A stretch of 64,000 nucleotides of DNA from Anaeromyxobacteraceae bacterium (GCA_032654565.1 JAULAX010000015.1:1216001-1280000), one strand, 5' to 3'; positions 9,247-18,848 are shown, counted from the stretch's first letter. Notes: generated by a model not told the origin, from the sequence alone. Program-made: numbers and translations.

Positions 9247-9324
9247 GGTGGGAAACCTCGCATCGCGGCCCGGGGGAGTCAACGTGTGGTAGCGTCTGGC
9301 TCCTTCTCTTCGGCGGCGGTGCGC

Positions 9325-9975
9325 ATGGCAGGCCTCGGCCTCGGACCAGCGGACTTCAAGCTCTTCGAGATCGACGACCCGGGGCGGCGGGCCGTCGCCC
9401 TGGACGGCACGCTCCAGCCCAAGCTCGAGCTCATCGCCGAGCAGTGCGTGGGCGGGCTCTCCCGGCTGAGCGGTCGCTCGCTCCACGCCCACCCGGCCCG
9501 GCCGGCCCCCCGCCGCGGCCAGGGGCCCGAGGAGGTGCTGGTGGCCTTCTGCGACTCGACGAAGGGGTGGCGGGGGCTCCCCTACCTGGGCGTGGCGGTG
9601 ACCCGGGCCCACCTGCACGCCCGCATCGGCGTGCGCGGCGAGTCCCCCCGCTGGCCGGCCATGGGCGAGGCGCTGCGGCGCGAGGCGCCCAACCTGGCCA
9701 GGAAGGGGAAGCCCTTCCGCAAGCTGCGCACCTTCGGCGGGTGGGACCACGAGGCGCTGCCGGAGCTGGCGGCGGCCCACACCGCCGCCTTCTGGGAGGA
9801 GCTGGCCGAGGGGCTGGCGGCCGGCGGCCCGGGGCTGGACGTGGGGGTGGCCTTCGGCGCCGAGGAGGCCCGCAGCCTGGCGCTGGGCGACCTGCTGGGG
9901 GTGTTCCGCGACCTGGCGCCGCTCTACAAGGTGCTGGCGGCCGCCGCCGCGCAGGGTGGCGACGCCCCGGCGTGA
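9325..9975 (+). CDS. DUF1054/YktB-like protein
   Basis: F..F.I...R......QPKL, HAH.AR..RR...PEE.LVAF..KG.R.LP pattern recalled from YktB; ATG at 9325 (upstream GTG at 9286 possible). Confidence 0.65.
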   Translation: MAGLGLGPADFKLFEIDDPGRRAVALDGTLQPKLELIAEQCVGGLSRLSGRSLHAHPARPAPRRGQGPEEVLVAFCDSTKGWRGLPYLGVAVTRAHLHARIGVRGESPRWPAMGEALRREAPNLARKGKPFRKLRTFGGWDHEALPELAAAHTAAFWEELAEGLAAGGPGLDVGVAFGAEEARSLALGDLLGVFRDLAPLYKVLAAAAAQGGDAPA

Positions 9976-9988
9976 TCCACCTCCCGGG

Positions 9989-11582
9989 GGGCGCACGATC
10001 AGATTGAGCAGCGGTCGGTGTCCCTGGTGCCGTAGCGGGCGTACTCGAAGTGGTCGCGGCCGCCGTGGTTGGCGCGGGGGCGGGTGGCCGTGGCGTGGTG
10101 GGCGCGGCGAATGGCGGCGTAGAAGCGGCGGGCGCCGCCGGTGCGGTAGGCGGCGCGCAGGCGGGCCATGCGGCGGGCGTTGCGGATGGCCCAGCGCTGG
10201 CCGGCCCGCTTCATGCGGGTCTGGAGGACGTGGCGGTGGGCGCTCTCGATGGCGCCGCTGCCGATGGGGAAGCCGTTGGCCCGGTACAGGGCGTACTTCA
10301 TCCGGTTGGCGTTGCTCCGGTAGTAGCCGATCAGGTTCTCGGCAGCGTCGAGGGACTCCCGCTGGTTTCGCCTGGGGATGAACTCCAGGCAATCCATCAA
10401 CTCGCTGATGACGGCCGGGATCTTGCCCGTCGACAGCAACTCCTCGGCCCGCCGCTGCCACAGCGGCAGCCAGGGGCTCTCCTCGCCCAGCAGCACGCGG
10501 CCGCACTCCACCGCGTGCTCCACGGCGTGGTGCCAGTCGAGGATCTGCACCGCATCCGGCGAGAGCTGCTCGGCCAGCGTCCAGTTGCAGGCCGCGCCGT
10601 CACCCAGCCAGATCACCACGCCGGCCTCGTCGATCCGCTCGGCCTGGAGCAGCTCCTCCAGCACCGGCGAGAAGTTCCCGAGGCCGCCCACCACCGCGGC
10701 GTAGCGAGCGGTGCCGGGCATCGGCTCGTTCACGGCGACGTCGTGCCGGTAGGTCACGCCCACCTTGGCCTCCTTCCAAGCCTCGGCGCCGCGGATCGGC
10801 AGCATGCTGCCGTCCACCTCGACCACCAGCGCCTTCGGCGCCTCTCCCTTCGGCTTCAGCTCCTCCTGCAAGTAGAGCTGGTCGGCCGCCTCGCACTGCG
10901 CGCCCACCCGCGCCACCACGCGGCGGAGCAGGTTCTCCGAGATCGGCTCGGCGTAGTGCAGGCTCCAGCGGGCCGCGCACTCGCCGTAGACGTCGTTCAC
11001 CGCGAAGTCGAGCACTCGCTTCTCCATCTCGCTGGTCAGCTCGCCCTCCTCGGGCAGGTCGAGCAGCCGATCCACCGGGTAGAAGCCGTACTGGCACGCC
11101 TCGCAGTAGTGGTAGTTGCGCCTGAACGTCACCGGGCCGGCCAGGCTCCGCGCCGTCCGCTCGCGGTCACGGGCCTTCACCGCCACCCGCTTGCCGCACT
11201 TCGGGCAGGCCTTCGCCGTCGGCTTCTCCGGCTTCATCCGCGAGAGCATCAGCGCGATGGACGGCTCCCGGTCATCCCGGGTCGCCTTCTCCACCGAGAG
11301 CTCCATCTCGCTCATCGTCATCCCTTCGTGGAAGTGCTCGTCCGCATGCCGCCGGGCGAGCTCCTCGACGAGGTCCTTCTCCGAGAACTGCTTCAGTGCG
11401 CGCTTTCGGGCCATGCCCGAAAAAGATCATGCCCGGGCCAACCTGTCGATCTCCCGTACCGGGAGCGGGCAGCCCGCACCCCGGCCCCGATCACCCGGCC
11501 GGTCCAAGCCCGCAGACCGATGGGGCTTTCCCCGCGCCCCGGATCGGCCGCCAAAGAGATTCCTCAACTCGGGCGTGCGCCC
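9989..11582 (-). mobile_element. Complete ISKra4-family insertion sequence (~1.6 kb)
   Basis: Imperfect terminal IRs GGGCGCACGatcagaTTGAG and GGGCGCACGcccgagTTGAG. Flanking direct repeat CCTCCCGGG at 9980-9988 and 11583-11591 (7 bp if the IR starts GGGG). Confidence 0.85.
9999..11414 (-). CDS. ISKra4-family (UPF0236) DDE transposase
   Basis: CPKC..C..C zinc motif, VEVDG, WKEAKVG, LGDGA, LDWHHA, IGSGAIESAHR..RMKRAGQRW. Confidence 0.9.
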   Translation of the reverse strand: MARKRALKQFSEKDLVEELARRHADEHFHEGMTMSEMELSVEKATRDDREPSIALMLSRMKPEKPTAKACPKCGKRVAVKARDRERTARSLAGPVTFRRNYHYCEACQYGFYPVDRLLDLPEEGELTSEMEKRVLDFAVNDVYGECAARWSLHYAEPISENLLRRVVARVGAQCEAADQLYLQEELKPKGEAPKALVVEVDGSMLPIRGAEAWKEAKVGVTYRHDVAVNEPMPGTARYAAVVGGLGNFSPVLEELLQAERIDEAGVVIWLGDGAACNWTLAEQLSPDAVQILDWHHAVEHAVECGRVLLGEESPWLPLWQRRAEELLSTGKIPAVISELMDCLEFIPRRNQRESLDAAENLIGYYRSNANRMKYALYRANGFPIGSGAIESAHRHVLQTRMKRAGQRWAIRNARRMARLRAAYRTGGARRFYAAIRRAHHATATRPRANHGGRDHFEYARYGTRDTDRCSI

Positions 11583-11667
11583 CCTCCCGGGCGGTGTCAG
11601 ACCCCCCGGCTAGCCTCCTCGAGTCGCCCCAGCACCCGGGGCGGCGCTCTCTCCGCTGGAGGTTCAG

Positions 11668-12120
11668 ATGGCCGTCAAGGTCATGGTCGCGCCCGCCCTC
11701 GTGCGCGGCGCCGAGTCGAAGTCGGTAGTCGCCAGGAAGGCCAGCCCGGCCGGTGAGTCGCCTCGCCCCAGGCGGCGGCGGTCCTCGATCTACGACGCCG
11801 ACGGCAGCGAGGTCTTCATCACCCTGATGTGCCTGAAATGCCACCAGATGCGGCCTCTGTCGCAGTTCGGCCTGCGCAAGATGGCCGACGGCGCCATCCG
11901 CAACCAGCCCTGGTGCCGCCCCTGCCGCTCGGCCGCGGGCACCGGCAAGGGGAAGCTCAAGGAAGCTGCAGTGGAGATGGAGTCCACAGAAACTGTAGTC
12001 CCCGTGAGCACCCTGTCCGAGCCCTCGCCGCTGGCCTCCGAGGCCGAGGCGCCGCGAGCCCGCGATGGCCAGCTCGCCGCCCAGGTGGCCGCGGCCCTGG
12101 CCGCCGGCCTCGGGCGCTGA
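11668..12120 (+). CDS. Small hypothetical protein with CxxC...CxxC zinc-finger motif
   Basis: GGAGG RBS; CLKC..FGLRKMADGAIRNQPWCRPC. Confidence 0.7.
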   Translation: MAVKVMVAPALVRGAESKSVVARKASPAGESPRPRRRRSSIYDADGSEVFITLMCLKCHQMRPLSQFGLRKMADGAIRNQPWCRPCRSAAGTGKGKLKEAAVEMESTETVVPVSTLSEPSPLASEAEAPRARDGQLAAQVAAALAAGLGR

Positions 12121-12387
12121 TCCGGCCTCGCTGATCGGGCCGGTCGGGCGGAGCGCGGCGCTCCAGATCCCCGGTTTCCGTGCGGTTTAGGGTCGCAGTC
12201 CGCCCTGCGCGCTTCTTACCGAGGCCGGATTTCGCTGGGCCAAATCCTAAATAGACCTTCTGGCTCCACGACTTACGCCCGTTTCTCGTTTGCAGTTGGC
12301 GAGAACGCACAAGTAGTATGCGTCCCCTCGGTACATCCCGAAGGTTCGTGACGCTGCACCTACCCGCCCCCGGCTGGAGGAAACACC

Positions 12388-13716
12388 ATGGCTGACTCCA
12401 ATTTGAAGCTGAAGCTCAAGGAGAAGATCGAGGCGCATCGTCCCCGCATCACCAAGCTCAACAAGGAGTTTGGCGAGGTGGTGATCGACAAGGTCAACAT
12501 CGGCCAGTGCATCGGCGGCGCGCGCGACATCCGCTCGCTGGTGACCGACATCTCCTACCTGGACCCGCAGGAGGGCATCCGCTTCCGCGGCCGCACCATC
12601 CCGGAGACCTTCGCCGCCCTCCCCAAGGCGCCGGGCAGCGACCAGCCCTACGTCGAGGGGTTCTTCTGGTACCTGCTGACCGGCGACGTGCCGACCATGG
12701 CGCAGACCCTGGAGGTGGTGGAGGACTGGCGCGCCCGCGCCGAGGTCCCCCAGTACGTCATCGACGTGCTCCGCGCCCTGCCGCGCGACTCGCACCCCAT
12801 GGCCCTCTTCTCCTCGGCCATCCTGTCGATGCAGCGTGAGTCGATCTTCTTCAAGAAGTACAGCGAGGGCGGCCTGAAGAAGAACGACATGTGGGATCCC
12901 ATGTACGAGGACTCCATGAACCTGCTGGCCAAGCTGCCGGCCATCGCCGCGTACATCTACCGGATGAAGTACAAGGGCGACACCTTCATCGCCCCGGATC
13001 CGAAGCTCGACTGGGGCGCGAACTTCGCCCACATGATCGGGCAGAAGAAGCCGTACGACGACGTGGCCCGGATGTACTTCATCCTCCACTCCGACCACGA
13101 GTCGGGCAACGTCTCGGCGCACACCACCCACCTGGTGGCCTCGGCGCTCAGCGACGCCTACTACTCCCTGTCGGCCGGCATCAACGGCCTGGCCGGCCCG
13201 CTCCACGGCCTCGCCAACCAGGAGGTGCTGGGCTGGATCCAGAACGTCATGAAGAAGCTGAACAACAAGGTGCCCACCAAGGAGGAGCTGAAGCAGTTCC
13301 TCTGGGACACCCTGAACTCCGGCCAGGTCATCCCGGGCTACGGCCACGCCGTGCTCCGCAAGACCGATCCGCGCTACGTGGCGCAGAACGAGTTCTCCAA
13401 GAAGCACCTCCCCAATGACCCGCTCTTCCAGCTGGTCAACATGATCTACGAGGTGGCGCCGGGCGTCCTCACCGAGCACGGCAAGACCAAGAACCCCTGG
13501 CCGAACGTCGACGCGCACTCCGGCGTCATCCAGTGGTACTACGGCGTCCGCGAGTGGGACTTCTACACCGTCCTCTTCGGCGTCGGCCGCGCCCTCGGCG
13601 TGCTCGCCAACATCACCTGGGACCGTGGCCTCGGCTACGCCATCGAGCGCCCCAAGTCGGTCACCACCGACATGCTGGAGAAGTGGGCGGCCGAGGGTGG
13701 CCGCAAGCTGGCCTAG
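12388..13716 (+). CDS. gltA: Citrate (Si)-synthase, eukaryote/Geobacter-type
   Basis: GGAGG RBS, GGARDI..YLDPQEGIRFRG, HSDHESGNVSAH, GLAGPLHGLANQEV, IPGYGHAVLRKTDPRY, NPWPNVDAHSG, ERPKS. Confidence 0.96.
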   Translation: MADSNLKLKLKEKIEAHRPRITKLNKEFGEVVIDKVNIGQCIGGARDIRSLVTDISYLDPQEGIRFRGRTIPETFAALPKAPGSDQPYVEGFFWYLLTGDVPTMAQTLEVVEDWRARAEVPQYVIDVLRALPRDSHPMALFSSAILSMQRESIFFKKYSEGGLKKNDMWDPMYEDSMNLLAKLPAIAAYIYRMKYKGDTFIAPDPKLDWGANFAHMIGQKKPYDDVARMYFILHSDHESGNVSAHTTHLVASALSDAYYSLSAGINGLAGPLHGLANQEVLGWIQNVMKKLNNKVPTKEELKQFLWDTLNSGQVIPGYGHAVLRKTDPRYVAQNEFSKKHLPNDPLFQLVNMIYEVAPGVLTEHGKTKNPWPNVDAHSGVIQWYYGVREWDFYTVLFGVGRALGVLANITWDRGLGYAIERPKSVTTDMLEKWAAEGGRKLA

Positions 13717-13746
13717 GCCACGCCACCGGAGCCACCGCTGCACCGG

Positions 13747-13770
13747 GAGCCGCCTCGCGAGGGGCGGCTC
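13747..13770 (+). terminator. Stem-loop after gltA
   Basis: GAGCCGCCTC-GCGA-GGGGCGGCTC, 10-bp stem (one G-U) with GNRA loop. Confidence 0.6.
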
Positions 13771-13843
13771 TCGCCGTTCCGGGGGGGGGGGGCCGGGGGC
13801 GGGCCGGTGGTCCGGAGGCGGCCGGGGAGGGCGTCGCCGTTCC

Positions 13844-13872
13844 TTGACCTCACGGGGCCCCACGGGTAGCGT
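13844..13872 (+). promoter_or_regulatory. Sigma70-type promoter for the DUF4398/OmpA genes
   Basis: TTGACC-N17-TAGCGT. Confidence 0.55.
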
Positions 13873-13906
13873 CGAACCCTCTGTATTTCGAAAGGGGTTT
13901 ACTCCC

Positions 13907-14209
13907 GTGCGGCTCCTCCTCGCCCTCCTGGCGCTCACCTTCGTCGCGGGCTGCGGACCCATCCAATCGACCTCCGCGCTGATCGACGCGGACGTCGAGA
14001 TCGAGGGGGCCCGGGCCGCCGGCGCCCAGGCCACCGCCACCTTCGAGTTCACCACCGCCGAGGCCTACCTGCGCAAGGCGCGCGAGCTGGCCGGCTACTC
14101 CCAGTACGAGAACGCCGCGGTCTTCGCCGCCAGGTCGCGCGAGATTGCCAAGGAGGCGCGCATCAAGGCGCTGGCCGCCAGCAACCGCCCCGAGAAGGAG
14201 GCCCCGTGA
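13907..14209 (+). CDS. Small DUF4398-like lipoprotein
   Basis: GTG start, lipobox VAGC, A..AGA...A..E...AEAYL.KA.E helical hairpin; GTGA overlap with next gene. Confidence 0.75.
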   Translation: MRLLLALLALTFVAGCGPIQSTSALIDADVEIEGARAAGAQATATFEFTTAEAYLRKARELAGYSQYENAAVFAARSREIAKEARIKALAASNRPEKEAP

Positions 14210-15393
14210 GGACCCGCCGGCTGGTCACGGCGCTCTGCCTGCTCACCCTGGCCGGCTGCGCCGCCGGCGGCAAGCTGAAGCGCAACGCCGACGTGCTGAC
14301 CCAGGACGCCGTCAAGGCCCGCAACAGCGGGGCCGCCCGCTGCGCCCCGCGCGAGCTGGCGCTGGCCGAGGCCAACCTGGACTTCGGCAAGGCCGAGATC
14401 GACTGGGGCAACGCCTCCCGCGCCGCCGACCACCTCAAGGTGGCCGAGCAGAACATGAAGAAGGCGCTGGAGCTCTCCCGCACCTGCGGCCCGGCCAAGG
14501 TCACCATCAGCGAGAAGAAGCCGGTCCCCGCGGCGGCCCCGGTGGTGGCGCCCGTCATCGTCATCGAGCGGACCGACCGCGACGGCGACGGCGTCCCCGA
14601 CCTCGAGGACAAGTGCCCCGACCAGCCCGGACCGCGCGAGAACCAGGGCTGCCCGGTCTCCAAGGACTCCGACGGCGACGGCATCCCCGACGACATCGAC
14701 CGCTGTCCGCTCGACCCGGAGGACCTCGACGGCTTCCAGGACGAGGACGGCTGCCCCGACCCGGACAACGACGGCGACGGCATCGTCGACAAGATCGACG
14801 CCTGCCCCAACACCTCCGGCCCCATCTCCAACCGCGGCTGCCCGGTGCTGGACCGCGACGGCGACGGCATCCCCGACGACCAGGACAAGTGCCCGGACCA
14901 GGCCGGCCCCAAGGAGAACGGCGGCTGCCCCGACGCCGATCGCGACGGCGACGGCATCGTCGACCGGCTCGACAAGTGCCCGGACGTGCCGGGCGTGGCG
15001 CCGGACGGCTGCCCCAAGAAGTACACGCTGGTCGAGGTGAAGAAGGACCGCATCGTCATCAAGCAGCAGGTCCACTTCCAGTCGGCCAAGTCGGCGGTGC
15101 TGCCCGACTCCTTCCCGCTGCTCGACCAGGTGGTGCAGGTGCTCCGCGACTACCCGAAGATGCGGGTCTCCGTGGAGGGGCACACCGACGCCATCGGCGG
15201 CGAGCTCCTCAACATGAAGCTGAGCCAGGCCCGCGCCGAGTCGGTGCGGAAGTACCTCACCGGCAAGGGGATCCCCGACGACCGGCTCGAGGCGGTGGGC
15301 TTCGGGCCGACCAAGCCCATCGCCTCCAACAAGACCGAGAAGGGGCGGGGCCAGAACCGCCGCACCGAGTTCCGCATCATCTCGACGGAGTAG
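14206..15393 (+). CDS. OmpA-family lipoprotein with DUF4398-like helices and thrombospondin type 3 Ca-binding repeats
   Basis: Lipobox LAGC, five D.DGDGI/V.D..D.CP repeats, C-terminal EGHTD..N..LSQARA..NRRTEF peptidoglycan-binding domain. Confidence 0.92.
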   Translation: MRTRRLVTALCLLTLAGCAAGGKLKRNADVLTQDAVKARNSGAARCAPRELALAEANLDFGKAEIDWGNASRAADHLKVAEQNMKKALELSRTCGPAKVTISEKKPVPAAAPVVAPVIVIERTDRDGDGVPDLEDKCPDQPGPRENQGCPVSKDSDGDGIPDDIDRCPLDPEDLDGFQDEDGCPDPDNDGDGIVDKIDACPNTSGPISNRGCPVLDRDGDGIPDDQDKCPDQAGPKENGGCPDADRDGDGIVDRLDKCPDVPGVAPDGCPKKYTLVEVKKDRIVIKQQVHFQSAKSAVLPDSFPLLDQVVQVLRDYPKMRVSVEGHTDAIGGELLNMKLSQARAESVRKYLTGKGIPDDRLEAVGFGPTKPIASNKTEKGRGQNRRTEFRIISTE

Positions 15394-15405
15394 GGCTCTC
15401 ACTCA

Positions 15406-16479
15406 ATGGCTCGCTTCGAGGTCTTCGTCCCGGCGGCGCCGCCCAAGGTCCCCATGGACCTGACGCTGCGGCTCGACGCCGACCACTGGCTGGGGGCGCT
15501 CAAGACCGGGCTGCAGCGGCTCGGCGAGGTCCACCCGGCCAACAACGTCCTGTGCGACATCCAGGCCGACGGCTCGATCCACGTCACCGACCCGGACTCG
15601 GGGCGGGTCTTCCGCATCCTCGAGCTGCCGGCCACCACGCCGGTCGACCCCATGCCGGTGGTCAGGCCCGCGCCCCCGGCTCCGGTGGCCGCGCCTCCCC
15701 CTCCGCCTCCTCCTCCGCCTCCAGCCGCTGCCCCGCCTCCGCCCCCCGCCCCGCCGCCTCCGGCCCGGGTGGTGCCCGCCCCGGCGCCGGTCGCCGAGCC
15801 GAAGCCGGCGCCCCGGCCGCCCCCCGCGCCGGCACCGCCGCCCGAGCCGAAGCGGGTGGCCCCGGCGCCCGCCCGGTCCGGCCCGCGCCCCTCCGGCCAC
15901 GTCGACCGGGTGGTCGAGGCCCGCAGCCCCACCGTCACCCCGATCCACCCCATCGGCCGCATCGCCATCGTGGTCAAGGCCGAGGACGTGCTGGCCGACC
16001 TCTTCCTCGAGGTCAGCGAGCTGGGGCGGATCCAGGACCGCAAGGCCGGGCTGGGGTTCGTGCTCGACGCCGCCATGCGGGTCATCGGCTGCGAGGCCGG
16101 CTCGGTCTTCACCACCGACCTGGGGCGCAGCGATCTCTCCTTCGCGGTGGTGCGCGGCCCCTCCGCCGACAAGCTGGCGGCGCTGGGGATGAAGGTGCCC
16201 ATCGGCGTGGGGCTGGTGGGCTTCTGCGCCCAGGAGAACGTCTGCGTGGCGGTCTCCGACGCCGAGAAGGACTCGCGCTTCTACCGCGCCGTCTCCGAGG
16301 CCACCGGCTACCAGACCCGCTCGCTGCTCTGCGCCCCCATGGCGCAGCAGGGGCTGGTGGTGGGGTGCCTGGAGGTGCTCAACAAGAAGGGCGGCAAGCT
16401 CTTCGACCAGAAGGACCTGGCGGTCCTCTCCTACCTGGCGGCGCAGGCGGCGGCCTTCCTGGCCCGCCTCGACGGGTAG
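15406..16479 (+). CDS. GAF-domain protein with Pro-rich linker
   Basis: C-terminal GLVGFC..VSDAEKDSRF..TGYQTRSLLCAPM..VGCLEVLNK GAF; poly-Pro central region. Confidence 0.85.
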   Translation: MARFEVFVPAAPPKVPMDLTLRLDADHWLGALKTGLQRLGEVHPANNVLCDIQADGSIHVTDPDSGRVFRILELPATTPVDPMPVVRPAPPAPVAAPPPPPPPPPPAAAPPPPPAPPPPARVVPAPAPVAEPKPAPRPPPAPAPPPEPKRVAPAPARSGPRPSGHVDRVVEARSPTVTPIHPIGRIAIVVKAEDVLADLFLEVSELGRIQDRKAGLGFVLDAAMRVIGCEAGSVFTTDLGRSDLSFAVVRGPSADKLAALGMKVPIGVGLVGFCAQENVCVAVSDAEKDSRFYRAVSEATGYQTRSLLCAPMAQQGLVVGCLEVLNKKGGKLFDQKDLAVLSYLAAQAAAFLARLDG

Positions 16480-16542
16480 CCTTCGCTGCCGGCGGCCACC
16501 CCGGCCCGGCGACGAGCCCGGGGCGGGGCCAGCGCGCCCTCC

Positions 16543-17586
16543 TCACTCCCCGTCGTCGGGCAGGTCGGCGTCGGCCTTCATCAGCTCGCGCATCACCACC
16601 GTGGCGTAGCTGCCGCGCGGCAGGTCGAAGCGGGCCAGGTAGCCGTCGGGGAGCGGCGAGAGCGCCACCTCGATGGGGAGCCGGGCCGCCCGCCGGGTGC
16701 CGGCCGCCTCGTCGCCGCCGCGGGCGAAGTCGGCCAGGGTGAGCCCCTCCGCCGCCAGCAGCCGCGCCTCGCGCTCGGCGGGCACGCCGCCGGCCGCCGG
16801 CTTGAGCTGGTGGCCGAACATGGGGCCGGCCGGGCTCACCTCGAAGGCCGCCACCCGCGCCGCGTCCAGGCCGGGGTCCTCGCAGACGAAGACCCCGCCG
16901 CTCTCCAGCTTCTTGAGCACGTCGCCGACGAGGGCGGTGGCGAAGAGGCCGTCGGCGATCCGCTCCGACAGCCAGCGGTTGAAGAGCTCCGACTGGTAGG
17001 CGGAGAGGGCGAAGCGGCGCAGGAAGCGGTCGCGGGCCGCCCGCCGGGCCTCCGGCGGCGGGTCCGGGGAGAGCAGGGCCCGCCCCAGGGTGGCGTTGGC
17101 GCCGTCCTGGCCGAACCGCTGCGGGCCGAAGAAGTTGGGCAGCCCGGCCCGGGCCAGGGCCTCGGCGCAGCCCCGCGCCGCCGCGAGGTCGCCGCCCCGC
17201 ACCGCCACCTCGAAGCCGTTGCCGCGAGCGTGGCCGGGGCGCAGCTTGTTCTGGTGGCGCGAGGCGGCCAGCACACGGTAGCCGTCACCGGCCAGCGACG
17301 CCGGATCCGGGTCGCGGGCCACCGGGAAGCTGAGCCACTGGGTGGTCAGCGCCACCTTGTCCTTGAGGCCGGCGTACCCGGCGTCGCGCTCGGCCACCCC
17401 CAGGGCCCGGGCCAGGGCCCGGACCACGTCGCGGGTGGTGCGCCCCCGCTTCTCGACGTGGAGGTAGAGGTGCGGCCCGGCGCCGGCCGGGAGGTAGGCC
17501 GGCCGCTCGTCGACGCGGAAGTCCTCGGGCGTGGCCTTGAGCCGCCCGCCCGAGCCGGGGCAGGCGGCGGTGACGTAGGGGATCAC
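16543..17586 (-). CDS. truD: tRNA pseudouridine(13) synthase
   Basis: PEDFRVDE, YAGLKDK.A.T.QW, GNGF, PNFFGPQRFG, SAYQSELFN, F.LPRGSYAT; GTG start at 17586. Confidence 0.95.
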   Translation of the reverse strand: MIPYVTAACPGSGGRLKATPEDFRVDERPAYLPAGAGPHLYLHVEKRGRTTRDVVRALARALGVAERDAGYAGLKDKVALTTQWLSFPVARDPDPASLAGDGYRVLAASRHQNKLRPGHARGNGFEVAVRGGDLAAARGCAEALARAGLPNFFGPQRFGQDGANATLGRALLSPDPPPEARRAARDRFLRRFALSAYQSELFNRWLSERIADGLFATALVGDVLKKLESGGVFVCEDPGLDAARVAAFEVSPAGPMFGHQLKPAAGGVPAEREARLLAAEGLTLADFARGGDEAAGTRRAARLPIEVALSPLPDGYLARFDLPRGSYATVVMRELMKADADLPDDGE

Positions 17587-18848
17587 CCGCCGGCCAGCCC
17601 CTCGAGGGCCGTCAGCTTGCGCCGCACCAGCGCCCCCAGGGTCTCGTCGGCCTCGCGCGAGAGCCGGTCGGCGGCCAGGAAGAGGTTGAAGAAGACCAGC
17701 TCGCGCAGCCCCTCGGCCAGCAGCCGCAGGGCGTCCCCCTCCGGCGGGTGCAGGGCCTCCAGGTTGGCCAGCAGCGCCGCGGCGTCGAGCCCGCCGTCGG
17801 AGGGCATGTCGAGGCCGCGGAAGAGCGGGGCGAAGGGGACGGTGCGATCCTGCAGGTGGGCCGAGGCGGCCTCGAGGAAGGCCGGCCGGGCGCTGGCGGG
17901 GAGGGCGATGGTCACCAGCCGGAGCAGCTCGACGTAGCCGCCGGCCAGCGCCGCCAGCCGGTCGACGTGCCCCTCCGACCGGGGGGCGGCGGGCGCCTCG
18001 GCGGTCTCCACGTAGCCGGCCTCGGCCAGGTGGTAGAGCACCTTGGTGGCGTCGAACTCGCCCAGCCGGGCGGCGCTGGCCACCTGGGCGACGCTGCGCC
18101 GGCCGTCGACCAGGGCGAGGAGCTGCTGCTCCACCGGCTGCAGGGTGACCGCCCGGGTGGGCTCGCGGCGGCGCAGGAACGCCCCCGGCCCGGGGATGCG
18201 GGCCTTGAAGAGGCTGAGCTCGTCGATGCGCCGGATCCCGTCCATGAGCAGGGCCTGGGTGCTCACCGCCTGCGGGGCGGTGTTCAGGTCCGGCTCCTCG
18301 TCGTCGGCCAGCCAGAAGATCCCCGAGGGGAGCAGCAGGATGGCGTGGAAGACGGCGGTGATCTGCTCGTGGAAGCAGCGCCACAGGTCGTTGGAGGTGA
18401 GCAGCCCCAGCTCCACCAGCGCCTTGCCCAGCGGCCGGGGCCCGCCCATGGCCTTCTCCAGCTGGGCCTCGTTGACCAGCCCGAGCTTGAGCGCCACCTC
18501 GCCGATGCGCTCGCCCACCACCGTGGAGCGGGAGCTGCGCACCTCGCCGTCCTTGAAGGCGATGGCCCGCTCGGCGTCGGCGTTGACCACGTGCAGGACG
18601 CCGCTGAGCCGGGCCTGGTGGGCGAAGGCGATGAAGTCGGCGATGGGGAAGCCGGAGAGGTCGCCGGCCAGGGCGACGCGGGGGTGGGGCGAGGCGCCGC
18701 CGGAGGCCGGGGTGCGGCGGGCCACCAGCAGGTCGGGGGAGGAGGGGAGCCACTCGAACCGGCCGGCCCGCTCGCCCAGCGCGGTGCGGACCTCGCCCGA
18801 GCCAGGCGCCACCCGGCCGTGGGGGTCGATGTCGAGCCAGTGGGGCAT
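17583..18848 (-). CDS. DUF4388 (PatA-N-like) domain protein
   Basis: LAGDL..F.IAD.I..SGVL..IAFKDGEV, RIGE..LGKALVELG MshEN-like half-motifs, LLMDGIRRIDE, DGRRSV winged helix. Confidence 0.8.
   Translation of the reverse strand: MPHWLDIDPHGRVAPGSGEVRTALGERAGRFEWLPSSPDLLVARRTPASGGASPHPRVALAGDLSGFPIADFIAFAHQARLSGVLHVVNADAERAIAFKDGEVRSSRSTVVGERIGEVALKLGLVNEAQLEKAMGGPRPLGKALVELGLLTSNDLWRCFHEQITAVFHAILLLPSGIFWLADDEEPDLNTAPQAVSTQALLMDGIRRIDELSLFKARIPGPGAFLRRREPTRAVTLQPVEQQLLALVDGRRSVAQVASAARLGEFDATKVLYHLAEAGYVETAEAPAAPRSEGHVDRLAALAGGYVELLRLVTIALPASARPAFLEAASAHLQDRTVPFAPLFRGLDMPSDGGLDAAALLANLEALHPPEGDALRLLAEGLRELVFFNLFLAADRLSREADETLGALVRRKLTALEGLAGG

Noticed and set aside
14575..15015. GACGGCGACGGC repeats
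   Set aside because: They encode thrombospondin type 3 repeats of the OmpA protein.
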